DNA of 64,000 nt from Patellaria atrata CBS 101060 (taxonomy: Eukaryota): positions 418,031 to 482,030 of the forward strand of contig MU006107.1 in NCBI GenBank assembly GCA_010093705.1, written 5' to 3'. The number at the start of each line of letters is the position of its first letter. Within the stretch, counting starts at the first letter, position 1. The notes under the pieces are model-generated. The model did not search any database and was not told the origin of the DNA. It worked only from the letters and a program-made list of their open reading frames with translations. Position numbers and translations under genes: made by a program. Shown here in pieces: positions 22,325 through 33,189 of this stretch.

Positions 22325-25300
22325 ATGGCGTCCACCGTTCCTCAGAAAACCTCGGGAATTACGTCTTTAAATCGTAACTCCACGGGTCTTCAAACCGCGA
22401 GTGCAGATACACTGCTAAGACAATCTCCCCGGATCTCTCCCTCTGAAAAGCTATATACCACCACTGGGCCAGTTCTGCCTCGCGGCCCATGCCACTTTCA
22501 AGAGCTCAGTCATGGCCCCAAAGCCCCAATTTGCGGATGTCGACGGTTTTATCAGGATTCCGAGAGGACGTTAAAGTGCCAAGGTCAAACATCGAACGAT
22601 ATTAAAGATGAAGGCAATATATGGTGCTTCTGCGGTCACCATGCATGCTTTCATGCTCTTGGGGAATCGATAGAAGACTCCGTAGTGACAAGAGCAAATC
22701 CTGCGGTACCTAGCTTAACCGCATCCATTGAGCGTTCTTTGACCTTTCCACATAGAGTACAGCATGAGCATGAGGAACCCATGCACTTAGCGCCCTCAAC
22801 TACTCTTCACAATGTACGACCTAGATGTAGAATCACCGACGTTTCTGTGTTCGAGGAACCTCTAAGCTCGCATAACAGTTGTGGGAATTGGGCTCTACAC
22901 AGGTTAACCACTGGAGTAACTACGCAACATATGGACATATCGCTTCCACCAACAGACCGGAGTTTGTCTCTTCCCTCAACGGACAGAAATAACGCGCGGT
23001 CTGGAGATCACGCCTCGGACAAGTCAAACCTCAGTTCCTCTGGCTTGCCAAGGATTCCCTCTATGTGCTTGCTCAGTACGAATAAACTTCAAAGCTCCTC
23101 ACATGGTGGTACTTCACGAACCTCTCACTTCTATGACGCGGTAGGCCGACCAGAACGAGATATGGTCACCAGTCTGCCCGGTCATACTCTTGAAGCTTCT
23201 CACGAGCGTGAGTCACATAGTGACAGTGAGCTGGCTAGAGTGACCAATATCAAACCCCAAAGGTTTGGAATTCCTCGAATAACTGGTGGGAATAACTCTG
23301 AAGGTGTCACGTTGCCTAACCAAGTTGACCATCTCGAACATCCACGCTCCGCTGGCCTATCGGTACAGCTGCCAGCTGATCCCTCGCCAGGCTTCGGTCT
23401 TGATGACTTGATTCAGAGCGCCACGGAAATTGCCACACCGAGTGTCGCTAACACGCCGGATCTAGAAGGATTTGCAACCGCGGTCCATGAGACAAAGAAG
23501 TTGGTCAGCGCTATTACGGATGCCCTTGATGTGTCCTCCCGTCGAGAACAAGGAGCAAATTCTGATGACGAGACGAAACAGTTGCCGGTGGCCAGTCAGG
23601 CAAGGTGCTCTACACCCCCTCCTCCGCGTTCAGAATCACCAAGCGAGCGGAGAAGCCTACAAGCTATGCTACAACGTCTGATTCCGCAATTTCACCAGTT
23701 ACATCGTTACTTGGCCCCTCATTCTAGCATTGCTACATGTATTAAGGCCTTAGCTGATCGTGTGGACTCGCTCGAAAGCGCATCATTTGCTCATATTCCC
23801 GTGGAAGAGCTACAAGAGAGGTTTGAACATGTGGATGGGCGCCTTCTCGATGTCGAAGGGCGCTTGGCGGAACATGAAAGGTTTCACGCAGCGCTTGATG
23901 GAGAGAGTAACTCTCGTGGTAATGCTCCCTATAAATCCTTAAACGAGACAGTGATTGGAAATGGCTCATTCGCCTCTGGATATACCGTTGACTCTGCTTC
24001 ATCTTCTGCACTTGTTGTTGCAGCTATCGACCGTGTTGATGCTTTACAGCGCCTCGGTGCCGTCGAACAACGCCTTGACGATATTGAGATTAGCGCTTTA
24101 CCTACGTATACCCATCCATGGGATATCGAGGTCATCCTGATACCTTGGGGTCGACACCTGAAAGGGGTATGGTTCTCCCCAGACGAAATATCAAATGGTA
24201 CTTCCGACAACGCCACCCAGGACTCTGAAGGATGGACTCAACCTCGAAGCATGAGGGCGTCGACTCAGCCTTCAATCTCAAGTAGAGGAAGCTGGAGTAG
24301 CCAGGTTATTCATAGCTGGGCAGAAGAACCCGCAGAATTAATGGTTCCTAGGGCATGTGGCATAAACGGCATCGCGTATAAGCGACTTCAAAGTCGCGGT
24401 TTTGTCAAGACAATCACCCTCAAAGCTACCGGTGCTAGAGAGGTGGAAACTGCTCTTCGAAAAGCATTTGCCCCAGTACTAAGCATACTCTCTAGCTCCT
24501 CGCTTGAGTACGCTGCCAATTACATCCAGGATCAGCCGGAATTCGCAAAGTATCTCGGACTCCAAGCCCCGCTAATCCCTCTTCGAAAAGTTCACAAGTC
24601 CTCACGGCTTCGATTTTTAAGTAGAGCAGAAATGCTTACTCCAACGAATTGGACTGTGGATTTTCTCGCCTCTGGTGTGATAATGCGTGCAGCTGGAGGG
24701 ATGAAGAGGCTGTTCGTGACACATCGTGATGCTTACCTGCAGCCCTCTCATCCGGAAAACAATTCCCGTACAAGTACATGGCAGAAGTTGAGAGAGCTAC
24801 CTCGAAGGGATATCGGCTCTGCTAATCCGAATCTTGAGTATTCCCATGTTGGTGAAGCTGATGCAAAAGAAGACTGCTGGGTTTTCCATTCGAAATTTGA
24901 TGATATTCTGTTACAGTCATCATTCACATCTAACAATAGCAAGAGTTCTTTCATGTCGAATAATCTGAATCGTTCTTCCCGACATATCAGTACTGATTCT
25001 CAACCACAGGATGACCCCAACCACGACCAGTGCTCCTCGTGGGAAACTGTGGATCAGGCCAGAATTCGACAGCAAGAACCACTATCCCCACTCTCCGAAT
25101 TCCCAGTAATGTTTCCGCGTGGTCAATCGCAGCAACTTAATACACCTCCTCTGCATCGATCTCGTAGACGTCACAGGACCTTGTCAGTACCGCTTACCGA
25201 AGACTCAGAGTTAGAGGCCGAGTTCATGAACGAATTAGGCAGATTCCATCATAGACAGGAAGCTAAGAGGAATGCCTCGAGAGGCGAAGTATCCCCGTCA

Positions 25301-25993
25301 CCTCTTAAAGGCAGAAGGAAACGACGACGAGTCATTATGTATTCAATGGGTCCAAATACTGAATGTCTGGATGGACTCCTAGGTGATGACCATGGTTCTA
25401 TTGCGCAGGAGGCTCAGATCGTTGAAGAAGCTAATCAAGAGAGTGACTCTTCGGGCGGGGAAGATGCAGAGATATATTGTAGTGATGAGGATGACTGTTC
25501 AGATATATCCGGTTCTTCCAGTGACTCCGAGTGTGATTATACCAGCGATGTCGAGAATATAGCGAACTCTGTTTCTCGTCCGCCTTACGGCGGCTTCAAC
25601 TTTACTCCTCGCCGGTCTAAAGAACCACCGTCTCCTCACGCGCTCAACTCGAGGTCTTCTATTTCATGCTCTGACGGTTCACTTTCACCCAATCATATTG
25701 TTAAATCTACAAATGATTACCATGAACTTGAATTGAGACGAAAAGGATCCAGCGGTTCTACGTCGAGATCTACTCCCTTCGCTTATGCAACGCCACATTC
25801 CGCAAGCACCGGTCCAAGCAACGGGTTAGTGCAGTACCCGGTCGGGGCTGGGCAGGATATAAATGGATTGAGCGAAGAGGGAGGGACAGAAGACGATGAA
25901 GGGGATGAATTCATGGGTGATACTGAGGTCGAGAGTTTTGCAGATGAGGTGTGGGAAGGGGTGTTGGAACCGGATGAAGAAATGGGCGATTAG
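22325..25993 (+). CDS. Large conserved-type fungal hypothetical protein (about 1,222 aa) with N-terminal Cys/His cluster, central coiled coil and acidic tail
   Basis: 3.67-kb uninterrupted ORF, first ATG at 22325; CHF...CGCRRF...WCFCGHHACFH; heptad-like LADRVDSLE...VDGRLLDVEGRL; likely 5'-UTR intron 22171-22255 (GTAAGT...GCTCAC...TACAG). Confidence 0.8.
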   Translation: MASTVPQKTSGITSLNRNSTGLQTASADTLLRQSPRISPSEKLYTTTGPVLPRGPCHFQELSHGPKAPICGCRRFYQDSERTLKCQGQTSNDIKDEGNIWCFCGHHACFHALGESIEDSVVTRANPAVPSLTASIERSLTFPHRVQHEHEEPMHLAPSTTLHNVRPRCRITDVSVFEEPLSSHNSCGNWALHRLTTGVTTQHMDISLPPTDRSLSLPSTDRNNARSGDHASDKSNLSSSGLPRIPSMCLLSTNKLQSSSHGGTSRTSHFYDAVGRPERDMVTSLPGHTLEASHERESHSDSELARVTNIKPQRFGIPRITGGNNSEGVTLPNQVDHLEHPRSAGLSVQLPADPSPGFGLDDLIQSATEIATPSVANTPDLEGFATAVHETKKLVSAITDALDVSSRREQGANSDDETKQLPVASQARCSTPPPPRSESPSERRSLQAMLQRLIPQFHQLHRYLAPHSSIATCIKALADRVDSLESASFAHIPVEELQERFEHVDGRLLDVEGRLAEHERFHAALDGESNSRGNAPYKSLNETVIGNGSFASGYTVDSASSSALVVAAIDRVDALQRLGAVEQRLDDIEISALPTYTHPWDIEVILIPWGRHLKGVWFSPDEISNGTSDNATQDSEGWTQPRSMRASTQPSISSRGSWSSQVIHSWAEEPAELMVPRACGINGIAYKRLQSRGFVKTITLKATGAREVETALRKAFAPVLSILSSSSLEYAANYIQDQPEFAKYLGLQAPLIPLRKVHKSSRLRFLSRAEMLTPTNWTVDFLASGVIMRAAGGMKRLFVTHRDAYLQPSHPENNSRTSTWQKLRELPRRDIGSANPNLEYSHVGEADAKEDCWVFHSKFDDILLQSSFTSNNSKSSFMSNNLNRSSRHISTDSQPQDDPNHDQCSSWETVDQARIRQQEPLSPLSEFPVMFPRGQSQQLNTPPLHRSRRRHRTLSVPLTEDSELEAEFMNELGRFHHRQEAKRNASRGEVSPSPLKGRRKRRRVIMYSMGPNTECLDGLLGDDHGSIAQEAQIVEEANQESDSSGGEDAEIYCSDEDDCSDISGSSSDSECDYTSDVENIANSVSRPPYGGFNFTPRRSKEPPSPHALNSRSSISCSDGSLSPNHIVKSTNDYHELELRRKGSSGSTSRSTPFAYATPHSASTGPSNGLVQYPVGAGQDINGLSEEGGTEDDEGDEFMGDTEVESFADEVWEGVLEPDEEMGD

Positions 25994-26600
25994 GTCGGAA
26001 GATAAGAACAGCGAGGATGAACTAAGAAGGTGTTGGTTGATTGCATGCGTTCCATTTCAACTGAGATTGGCGAGTCTAGTGAAAGTGTTTTACTAGATCT
26101 ATTGGCGAGGCGTTCCGGCTTGATCACTTGTAGGATATATCTTTAAGCATTGGAGTTACTAGAAGGGCAAACGGGTCAGAGAAACGAGGTCAGGTTATTC
26201 TAACGACGGAAAGACATAAGCCAGGTGGGAACAGGTAACAGGCAGGACATAAAATGGCACGGCAATAGGGTTTCTGAAGAAGCGGCACGGGGCTAACTTC
26301 AGTGTAGATGTACTATTTAGATTCGATATCTACCCTCCAGACGTAAATTGAATCAAATCGGATCTAATCAGCATAATCAAATAAGTAGCACTTTTAGCGC
26401 TCAAAACGAACTAACCAACTAATAGTAGTTTTCTAGAAATGTTGTACTCGGTAAACGACCGCCTTATACATAAGAGTAACACTACTTGATAGACTACGTA
26501 TTCCTTAGTATGTTAAACCTCAAATGCCTTTGCTATAGTTGGTGGATCTAAGGAAAGTAATTAGGTTCATTACTATTTGATACGATTTCGCTCTAGTCGT

Positions 26601-28375
26601 CTAATCCCTCTTCTCCCCAACCTTTCCTGCACCCCTCAACCCCCACACACACAAAGCCAACGTCGCCGCAGTTAAGGCAAGACCATACCAGTACGTCGCT
26701 CTATATCCATCCATTAAAGCGTCCGGGCTTTCTTTATGCTCGTGGGCCGACCTCGCCGTAATGCTAGCCGCCAACACAGCGCTTGTAGCTAGCCCGACGC
26801 TCTTCCCTATCTGAGCAACGGTATTGAAGACGCCGCCCGCCAGGCCTTGCGTCTTCGCCGGAAACACCGACGTGATGAGCAGATTGCTGATGGTGAAGAG
26901 GCAGTCTGCGCCAATGGGGTTGAGAAAGATAGATGGGAACGCGCACGCCCAGTATGGCCATGCCGGGTTGATGACGGCCATGAGCAGCGCGGCACCGCAG
27001 CTTAGGGTGGTGCCGATGGTGACGCATCTATCGGCTCGGATCTTGTGGACGATGAGACCCATGACAACGTTCGTGAGGGCGCCGGATACGGGGCCTGGGA
27101 GAAAGCGCAGCGATGTTTGGATGGCGGATATTTCCTGCACGTACTGGAAGAAGAGGGTTGTGATATTTTCGATCAGGTTGAAAGCACCCCATGTGAGAAA
27201 TACGGATATACATATCGTGCTGAAAACCCGGTTGCGCCAGAGCGAGTTGGGGATAATGGCTGGTCTGCCTAGGCCCTCCTGACGCCCAACCCAGAAGATG
27301 AATACTGGGATCAACACAAGTGAGAGGGCGAGGAAAGCGATATTGATCGGTGCACTGATGGCAGATGCGGCGGCCGTCACGGAGGCAAAGACGTACGACA
27401 TCATGGCCAAGGAGGCGCTGGCGATCATTGCGCCAATCCAGTCAATATCCCATACCAACCTCTCCCATGTAGCAGGTTCCCGATGCCTGTCGATATTGCG
27501 GGGCAGGCCCCAGATGGCTAAGATCAGGATGACGGTGTTCAGAATTGCTGCGACGTAAAAGCCCCAACGCCAACCTACTGTATCAGCAAACACACCACCC
27601 ATTGTCAGACCGACGGAGAATCCGATGGGTTGACCGCCGCCCATAGACGCAAAGGCGATGTTACGGCGTTTTCCGGTCGGAAAGGTGTTGGTGATAATAC
27701 TAACAGCAGAGGGCAGACAAAAGGAGATGGCGATTCCAGCGAGGGCACGGAAGGCAATAAATTCGTTACCGTTCCGGGCCAGACCGGATGCAAGAGTGAA
27801 CACGGATTGGAGAGCGCAACCTATCAGATACATGATTCTGCAGCCGACGACGTCCGATATTGACCCCAGGAGGAGTAGCGTGCAACCGCAAGTGAGCGAG
27901 TAGACGGATGCGGGCCTGAGCGATATTAGTTGTCTACTGTGTGAGAGCCATGTCAACTCCGAATTTAGGAAAGGTACCATAGTAAAAGGTTATCAGCAAG
28001 TTCGATATCCTCTGCAATTGGAGGTAGAGCTACAGTCACTAGACCCGCAAGCATACTCGAAATCAGTGTCACACAAGTGACGCTGGTGATAACAGAAGCA
28101 GTATCTTTCTTGTTGATGTTCGAGTCTCTACCAACAACACTGGGGTCGGTGCTTTCTGCTAGCGATCTCTGTGACGAGTCATCGGGAGGAGCAAAGGCGG
28201 CACCTGAGGAACCAGCGCCGCCTTCTACTCCTAAACCAGGCCCGAGGGTCAACTGAGGTGCTGGATCATATCGATTGGTTGCAGTCGCCTTGTCGGATCC
28301 GGTGACGGTGGTATGATCAAGCACAGAAAGGGGTTGTATTGGCTCTAGCTCTAGCTGAACAGATGTGCGAGACAT
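26601..28375 (-). CDS. DHA2-family (14-TM, ATR1/aminotriazole-resistance-like) MFS efflux transporter, 2 exons
   Basis: VTVALPPIAEDI...LLW|PASVYSL, GSISDVVGCR, FRALAGIA, MGGGQPIGFSVG, WRWGF, DWIGA, QGLAGGVFNTVAQIG, GYRATYW; one intron about 27977-27917; alternative in-frame ATG at 28447. Confidence 0.88.
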
Positions 28376-28953
28376 ATCCGCAAAGCTCAATGGCGAATTT
28401 TTCCGATTCTCAATATTCTTTTCAGGCGAGTGATAATTGACATACACTATTCAGACCAGAATCTTCGTTCTCGTAGGTGGCCAAATTGTCTAGACACAGC
28501 AGAGTGCTAAAGGGACTCGATGAGCTTCACTGAGATATTAGTTGAGGCGCGGAAAGGAATATTGTGAAGCACTGCATTGCAGGTACGGGTATTTCTAAGT
28601 GCTGTCAAAGTCTTGTGGAAGTCTCGAATAGCCTAACGACACTAAACAATTTGAGTAAGCAACGTGCAGAATCAAATAAGCTAGCTCGATGCATAAAAGT
28701 GCGTCATTCTACTGTATTCTCCTTTAGTCCCGGGAACGTTTGCTCGTTAGATTGTTCTATGGCAAAAGAGCGATCTGTACGGAGGAGTACGCACATCAAT
28801 CACCCTATGTCATGACTCTTTCGAATATGAATCTTTCACAATTCGGTTTGGTCAAGCGTACTGTACGAGCTCGAATGCGGTCGCTAGAAATTGTGTGAAC
28901 TGTAGAAGCAGACGAAGTGTAAACTGCAGAGTGGGAAGGAAAGTAATAAGCCA

Positions 28954-28960
28954 TGACTCA
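28954..28960. promoter_or_regulatory. Gcn4/CpcA (AP-1-like) element TGACTCA in MFS promoter
   Basis: ATGACTCA at 28953-28960, plus variant TGACTCT at 28813-28819, 440-580 bp upstream of the MFS start. Confidence 0.35.
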
Positions 28961-29243
28961 AGGAAAAACTAGCTAGAGGCCTAGAAATAAAGGGCGGCAT
29001 TGTTCCGTCTTTGACCTTATACGGGACAAAAGGCAGAGCTACAGAAGTGGATTAGTTCTAAAACAAGGTGAGAGAACCGCATCCATTGAGTTGTGGACAT
29101 CAAGATCTATTAGACGTATTCGAATAAAATTAACTCATAGCCTCTGTTCTAAAAGAAACAATCCAATTAAGAAAAGCCATATCGATGAACGCAATATCAA
29201 AAGTATACCCAGAAATATTGTGTCAAACCCTCTTAAAGTAATG

Positions 29244-30896
29244 TCAAGTTTGACTATTGAGAATTTTATCTCTGAAGAGTAGAGCTTGTCTAATTCCTTT
29301 CGCATAGCCGATTACGAGTAAGCGTTCAAGGACCCATTCTTTCTGCGCGGAACTGATGAACGGTGATGAGCCAGCAAAGTAAAGTGCTCTCGTCGTGTAC
29401 ATGGCACCAACCGCCTTTGCTTCTGACCCAAGATGTATCACCGCCTTATCATTGATCTCCCCAAGAAAATAGGGAGCGGCGCCACAGACATCATCCACTA
29501 TCTTAAGTAAGCTAGAACGTATCTCGCCCTCCGTGATCGCAACTTGTGTGGTTGACTTTCCAGGCACGAGGGCCAAACATGAATATACTGTCCTCAGCAA
29601 ATGGATATGTGCACACCAATACCCGGTCCAGATGCCGCCCGTTTGAAAGTCCTCGAAGAGTAACAGATATTGAGGGTATATCGGTCCAGTACCCTCGTCC
29701 AACTCCTCGCTCGGAAAGGGAACACGAGTGTATTTCCACTCCCCAGTAGTACTTTGTTGCCAGTCCTGCAATTTTCCATGAGCTGTGACCAGTGACTTTA
29801 TAACATCGAATATGCTGGTCTGGACCACAGACAAAGAGCTTGACTCTCGCAACAAGGCATTAGCAAGGCTACAGAGATGATTTACTTCGGGAAGAAGATG
29901 GGCAAAAACAGCCGGAGGAGAGTTCCCTTGGAAAAGGGATGTATCCATTGGAAGGCCTCCGGTTGGGGTGCTATTTCCATCGATTTCTCGCATATGTATT
30001 TCGGCACTAAGCATGCGAAACATACTGATACCAACTCTGGTTGAAAATTGGTCCGATCCTCTCATGCGTAAGAGCTCCATTTGTCCTTGGCTGTGGGGAC
30101 GTTGTGAGTTCTCGCCTTCGCCCATGATGATCTATACCAATAAGTAATGCAATGCACGCTTGAATTCATGAGGAGTAGTTACCTGGAACTGTGATGTGAG
30201 TATTAGACTTGCGAGTACAGTATCTGACTTCGCCTCTTCGGCGTCATTCAATGCTTCCTGTAGTTGCTGAAGAGCGTTTCCATAAGCTTTCCGAGCTCGA
30301 AGTATGAGATGATCAGCTAAGCTAGACACGTTTCCAAGGCTTGCGAGAGACACGGAAATCAAAGCGTTTCGGAAGTATACAACATCGAAATGATTGTTGT
30401 AAAGTTCTGGGAGAAAGTCCAACTGACCAGGTCGGTCGTCATGTTGCGGGAGGACAAAGTTGTCGAAAAAGTAACCAATCGCGTACTGATCCCAATCTGC
30501 ATTAACCGGCTCGAAAGGGGTAAGAGGTGGCGGAGAGGATAGGACCTCCGGTCCGAGATTTGACACTTCTGCTTCGGATACACTTGAGGCATAACCGCTT
30601 AATCCCGCGTCGATGGAGTTCGAGCGAGGAATGAGAGTATTCATAGGCCGAAAGACTAATTCGCTTCGATCTCTATATCCCGGACATGGACGGCGCCCAC
30701 GGGCGCATCGAAGACACCCAGGCTTACCCTCATCGCACTGGAAACACTAGTGAGCGATCGATCGCGTCAATGGCCTAATGCGGGTATGTACCTTTACTTT
30801 CATCTTGATGCAAGCGTAGCAACCCGTGCTTTTTAGTCTCGCGTTCACCAGTGGCGTCTTCTTTTGTGACCTTGGCCCTGCTGATGGTTGAGGCAT
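29244..30896 (-). CDS. Zn(II)2Cys6 fungal transcription factor, 3 exons
   Basis: Spliced binuclear cluster CYACIKMKVK|CDEGKPGCLRCARGRRPCPGY followed by ELVFRPMN, and middle-homology region (YFFDNFV, GQLDFLPELY, ARKAYGNAL, HSQG..LLRMRG). Confidence 0.9.
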
Positions 30897-33189
30897 TGTT
30901 ATCAGATTAGGGATCCTCCAAATGTCCACCTTTACTGGTTTATGGTATCTTGTTAAGACCCCTTTTCGACTCAAACGAGTATATATATGTAGGTAAGACG
31001 GGAAACTGAAAGGCACATAGTTGCGCTAGAGAGCCTCCTAGTTCCATCTTAAATAGTAATAGTCTCTCTAAATACCAGATTGAAGATTAATGGTTTATAG
31101 CTGAGTATGAGAATCGGACCCCATCATGGTGCTCCTGACAATGATCCTAAGGGCTGATAAAAGGAAGGCTAAACATAAAGATTGGCTTCATTATTTGCAA
31201 TTACGAACTGTTGGAACCCCCCTACGAGGTTTAGCGGCTCGGGGCTCGCACTAGTACCTCGATTGATATCAGTCGAAGTTGTGGATCCTTTGCGGCCCAG
31301 CAGATATATATCATCACCAACGAGGGCGGAGAAATCAGAAAGAGCTCTGGCCTTTCTATTCGTGGCACCGCCTCTTTCAGCTCTTTGATTTTTAAATCCT
31401 AGAAGTTTTGACCGGCGTCGAAATAGTAATGTGCAACCTTTATAACACCGAGGGCTCCCATAAACGGGCCGGTAGTGAACCAGTCTTCTCGAGCCGCCGG
31501 GACAGGCGATAACTGTCAAGAAACTCATTATTCCGCTTCATCATCTCCTATTTCAAATGTCGATCACGTTCACAGGCCAAAGTGACTAAGATCCAGACGC
31601 TCGCTTGTTCATACTCTCTCGATGGGGAGGCCTGGTACGGATGTAATTCAAATGTTTGGCCAGCGCGTACGGAAGACGGTCACAAAATCCTCAGAGATCG
31701 TTTTTGAAAGCTTAACAAAGAAGTCGAGCAATTCTAAGCGCCCTTCTAACCGTTGTAAGGCTGTGTTCTTCCTAGGGGTGAACGATCTCGTTCCTTGACG
31801 TTAGAGGCAACTCGCTTATAAAAAGAGAACCGTGCCTCGCTGGATTAGGTTAGGAATAGGTTGGCGCGTCCGATACTTCTTAACCACAGTCGTTGATATT
31901 TCTTTTCCAACAGGAGGAATATCATCTAAGCCGGCGTTGGTGGCTCAACAGAGGATAACTGCTGCCTATGTGGCACCGGTCTACTTCTATTGAGATCAAT
32001 AGGACTATTTTACTTCTTCATGATGGTCTGCGGAAAAAGCGGTATGAACCACCTTACGGCTGCTGCTATGAGCAGATTCAATCTGATGCCATTGAAGTAT
32101 GGTTCATTGCAGTCCACCTGTAGGTATGCTATCCCACAAGGTTTGAGGCGCATAAAGAGCTTTGCTGGCTGGTATGATATTCTCCTTGTTTCATCACCCT
32201 CTTTCGTCTCATTCGAATCCACGATGTCAACTCGTGTGGAAAAAAACCCGGCATTAAGACATGATGTAGAATGGTTTGAAGACGCGATTATCGGAGGACA
32301 GGACAATAAAAGATTGTACTTACGGTTCGCGGTGCGCTCCTCTCGGTGAATGCTTGTCAAAACCCGATACTCTGTTTAGAGGTGGAGAAAAACCACCTCG
32401 ATTTTCAGCATTGTTCTCAGGTGGGACATGAAGGTGGAAAAAAGGACAACAATGCACGAAGTATCGCATAGTAAGGTACTCGGGTGGCATGAAAGATTGT
32501 GGTATTTGAACAAGCCCAGACGATATGAAGGAGATAAGGTATGGAGGAGGTTCGCGTAGATGTCGATCGTGAGATGAAAGATGGATAATTCGTAGTGTAA
32601 GCGTTCCGATGACTTGCTGGAAGCTGAATTGTAACATTACACATCGAACTGACCAAGGCTGTTAACAGATGGAACATGGACGAGACGACCGTAGTAACTT
32701 AAGAATGTCATTCATTATTTATTGGGAGTGATAGATGTATTCGATAGAAACCTAGTGTCTACGGAAATATTATTGTTGCTTCCCATCGATGTTGCTGTCG
32801 ACGAGTGACTTCCTCTTCTGGAGTGATTCCCTTCTGAGAAAGAGCAATGGTAAACACCCGTAACCTCCATTTTTCCTGCCACCATCACCTCCACCTCACT
32901 TCTAAGGTACCTACCTTACCTGATCTCTTATTGCCTTTACCAAATTTCACGCTTTATACCTTAAACTTTCACTTCTGTCCGCACCCTTCAAAGACCTAAG
33001 GTATCGTCATAAAATCTCGTCTCGTGACACTCACTCTCTATTACCTTTTGAAACTCATCTTTCCCCTCACCTCTTCCTTTACCTTTACGCACTCTGCCCT
33101 ATGATTCTCCCTCTACTTGTGCTCTAACCTTCGTGCTGCATCAAAGACCAGTTGTGAATTAGAACGAGACACATTCAATTGAAAGAATC

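Noticed and set aside
31990..32700. Overlapping 86-119 aa ORFs and a minus-strand GTAAGT donor (32323) suggesting a hidden gene or spliced ncRNA upstream of tps1
   Set aside because: No recognisable protein motifs, no convincing branch site or acceptor, and many stops in the continuing frames; cannot be supported without RNA data.
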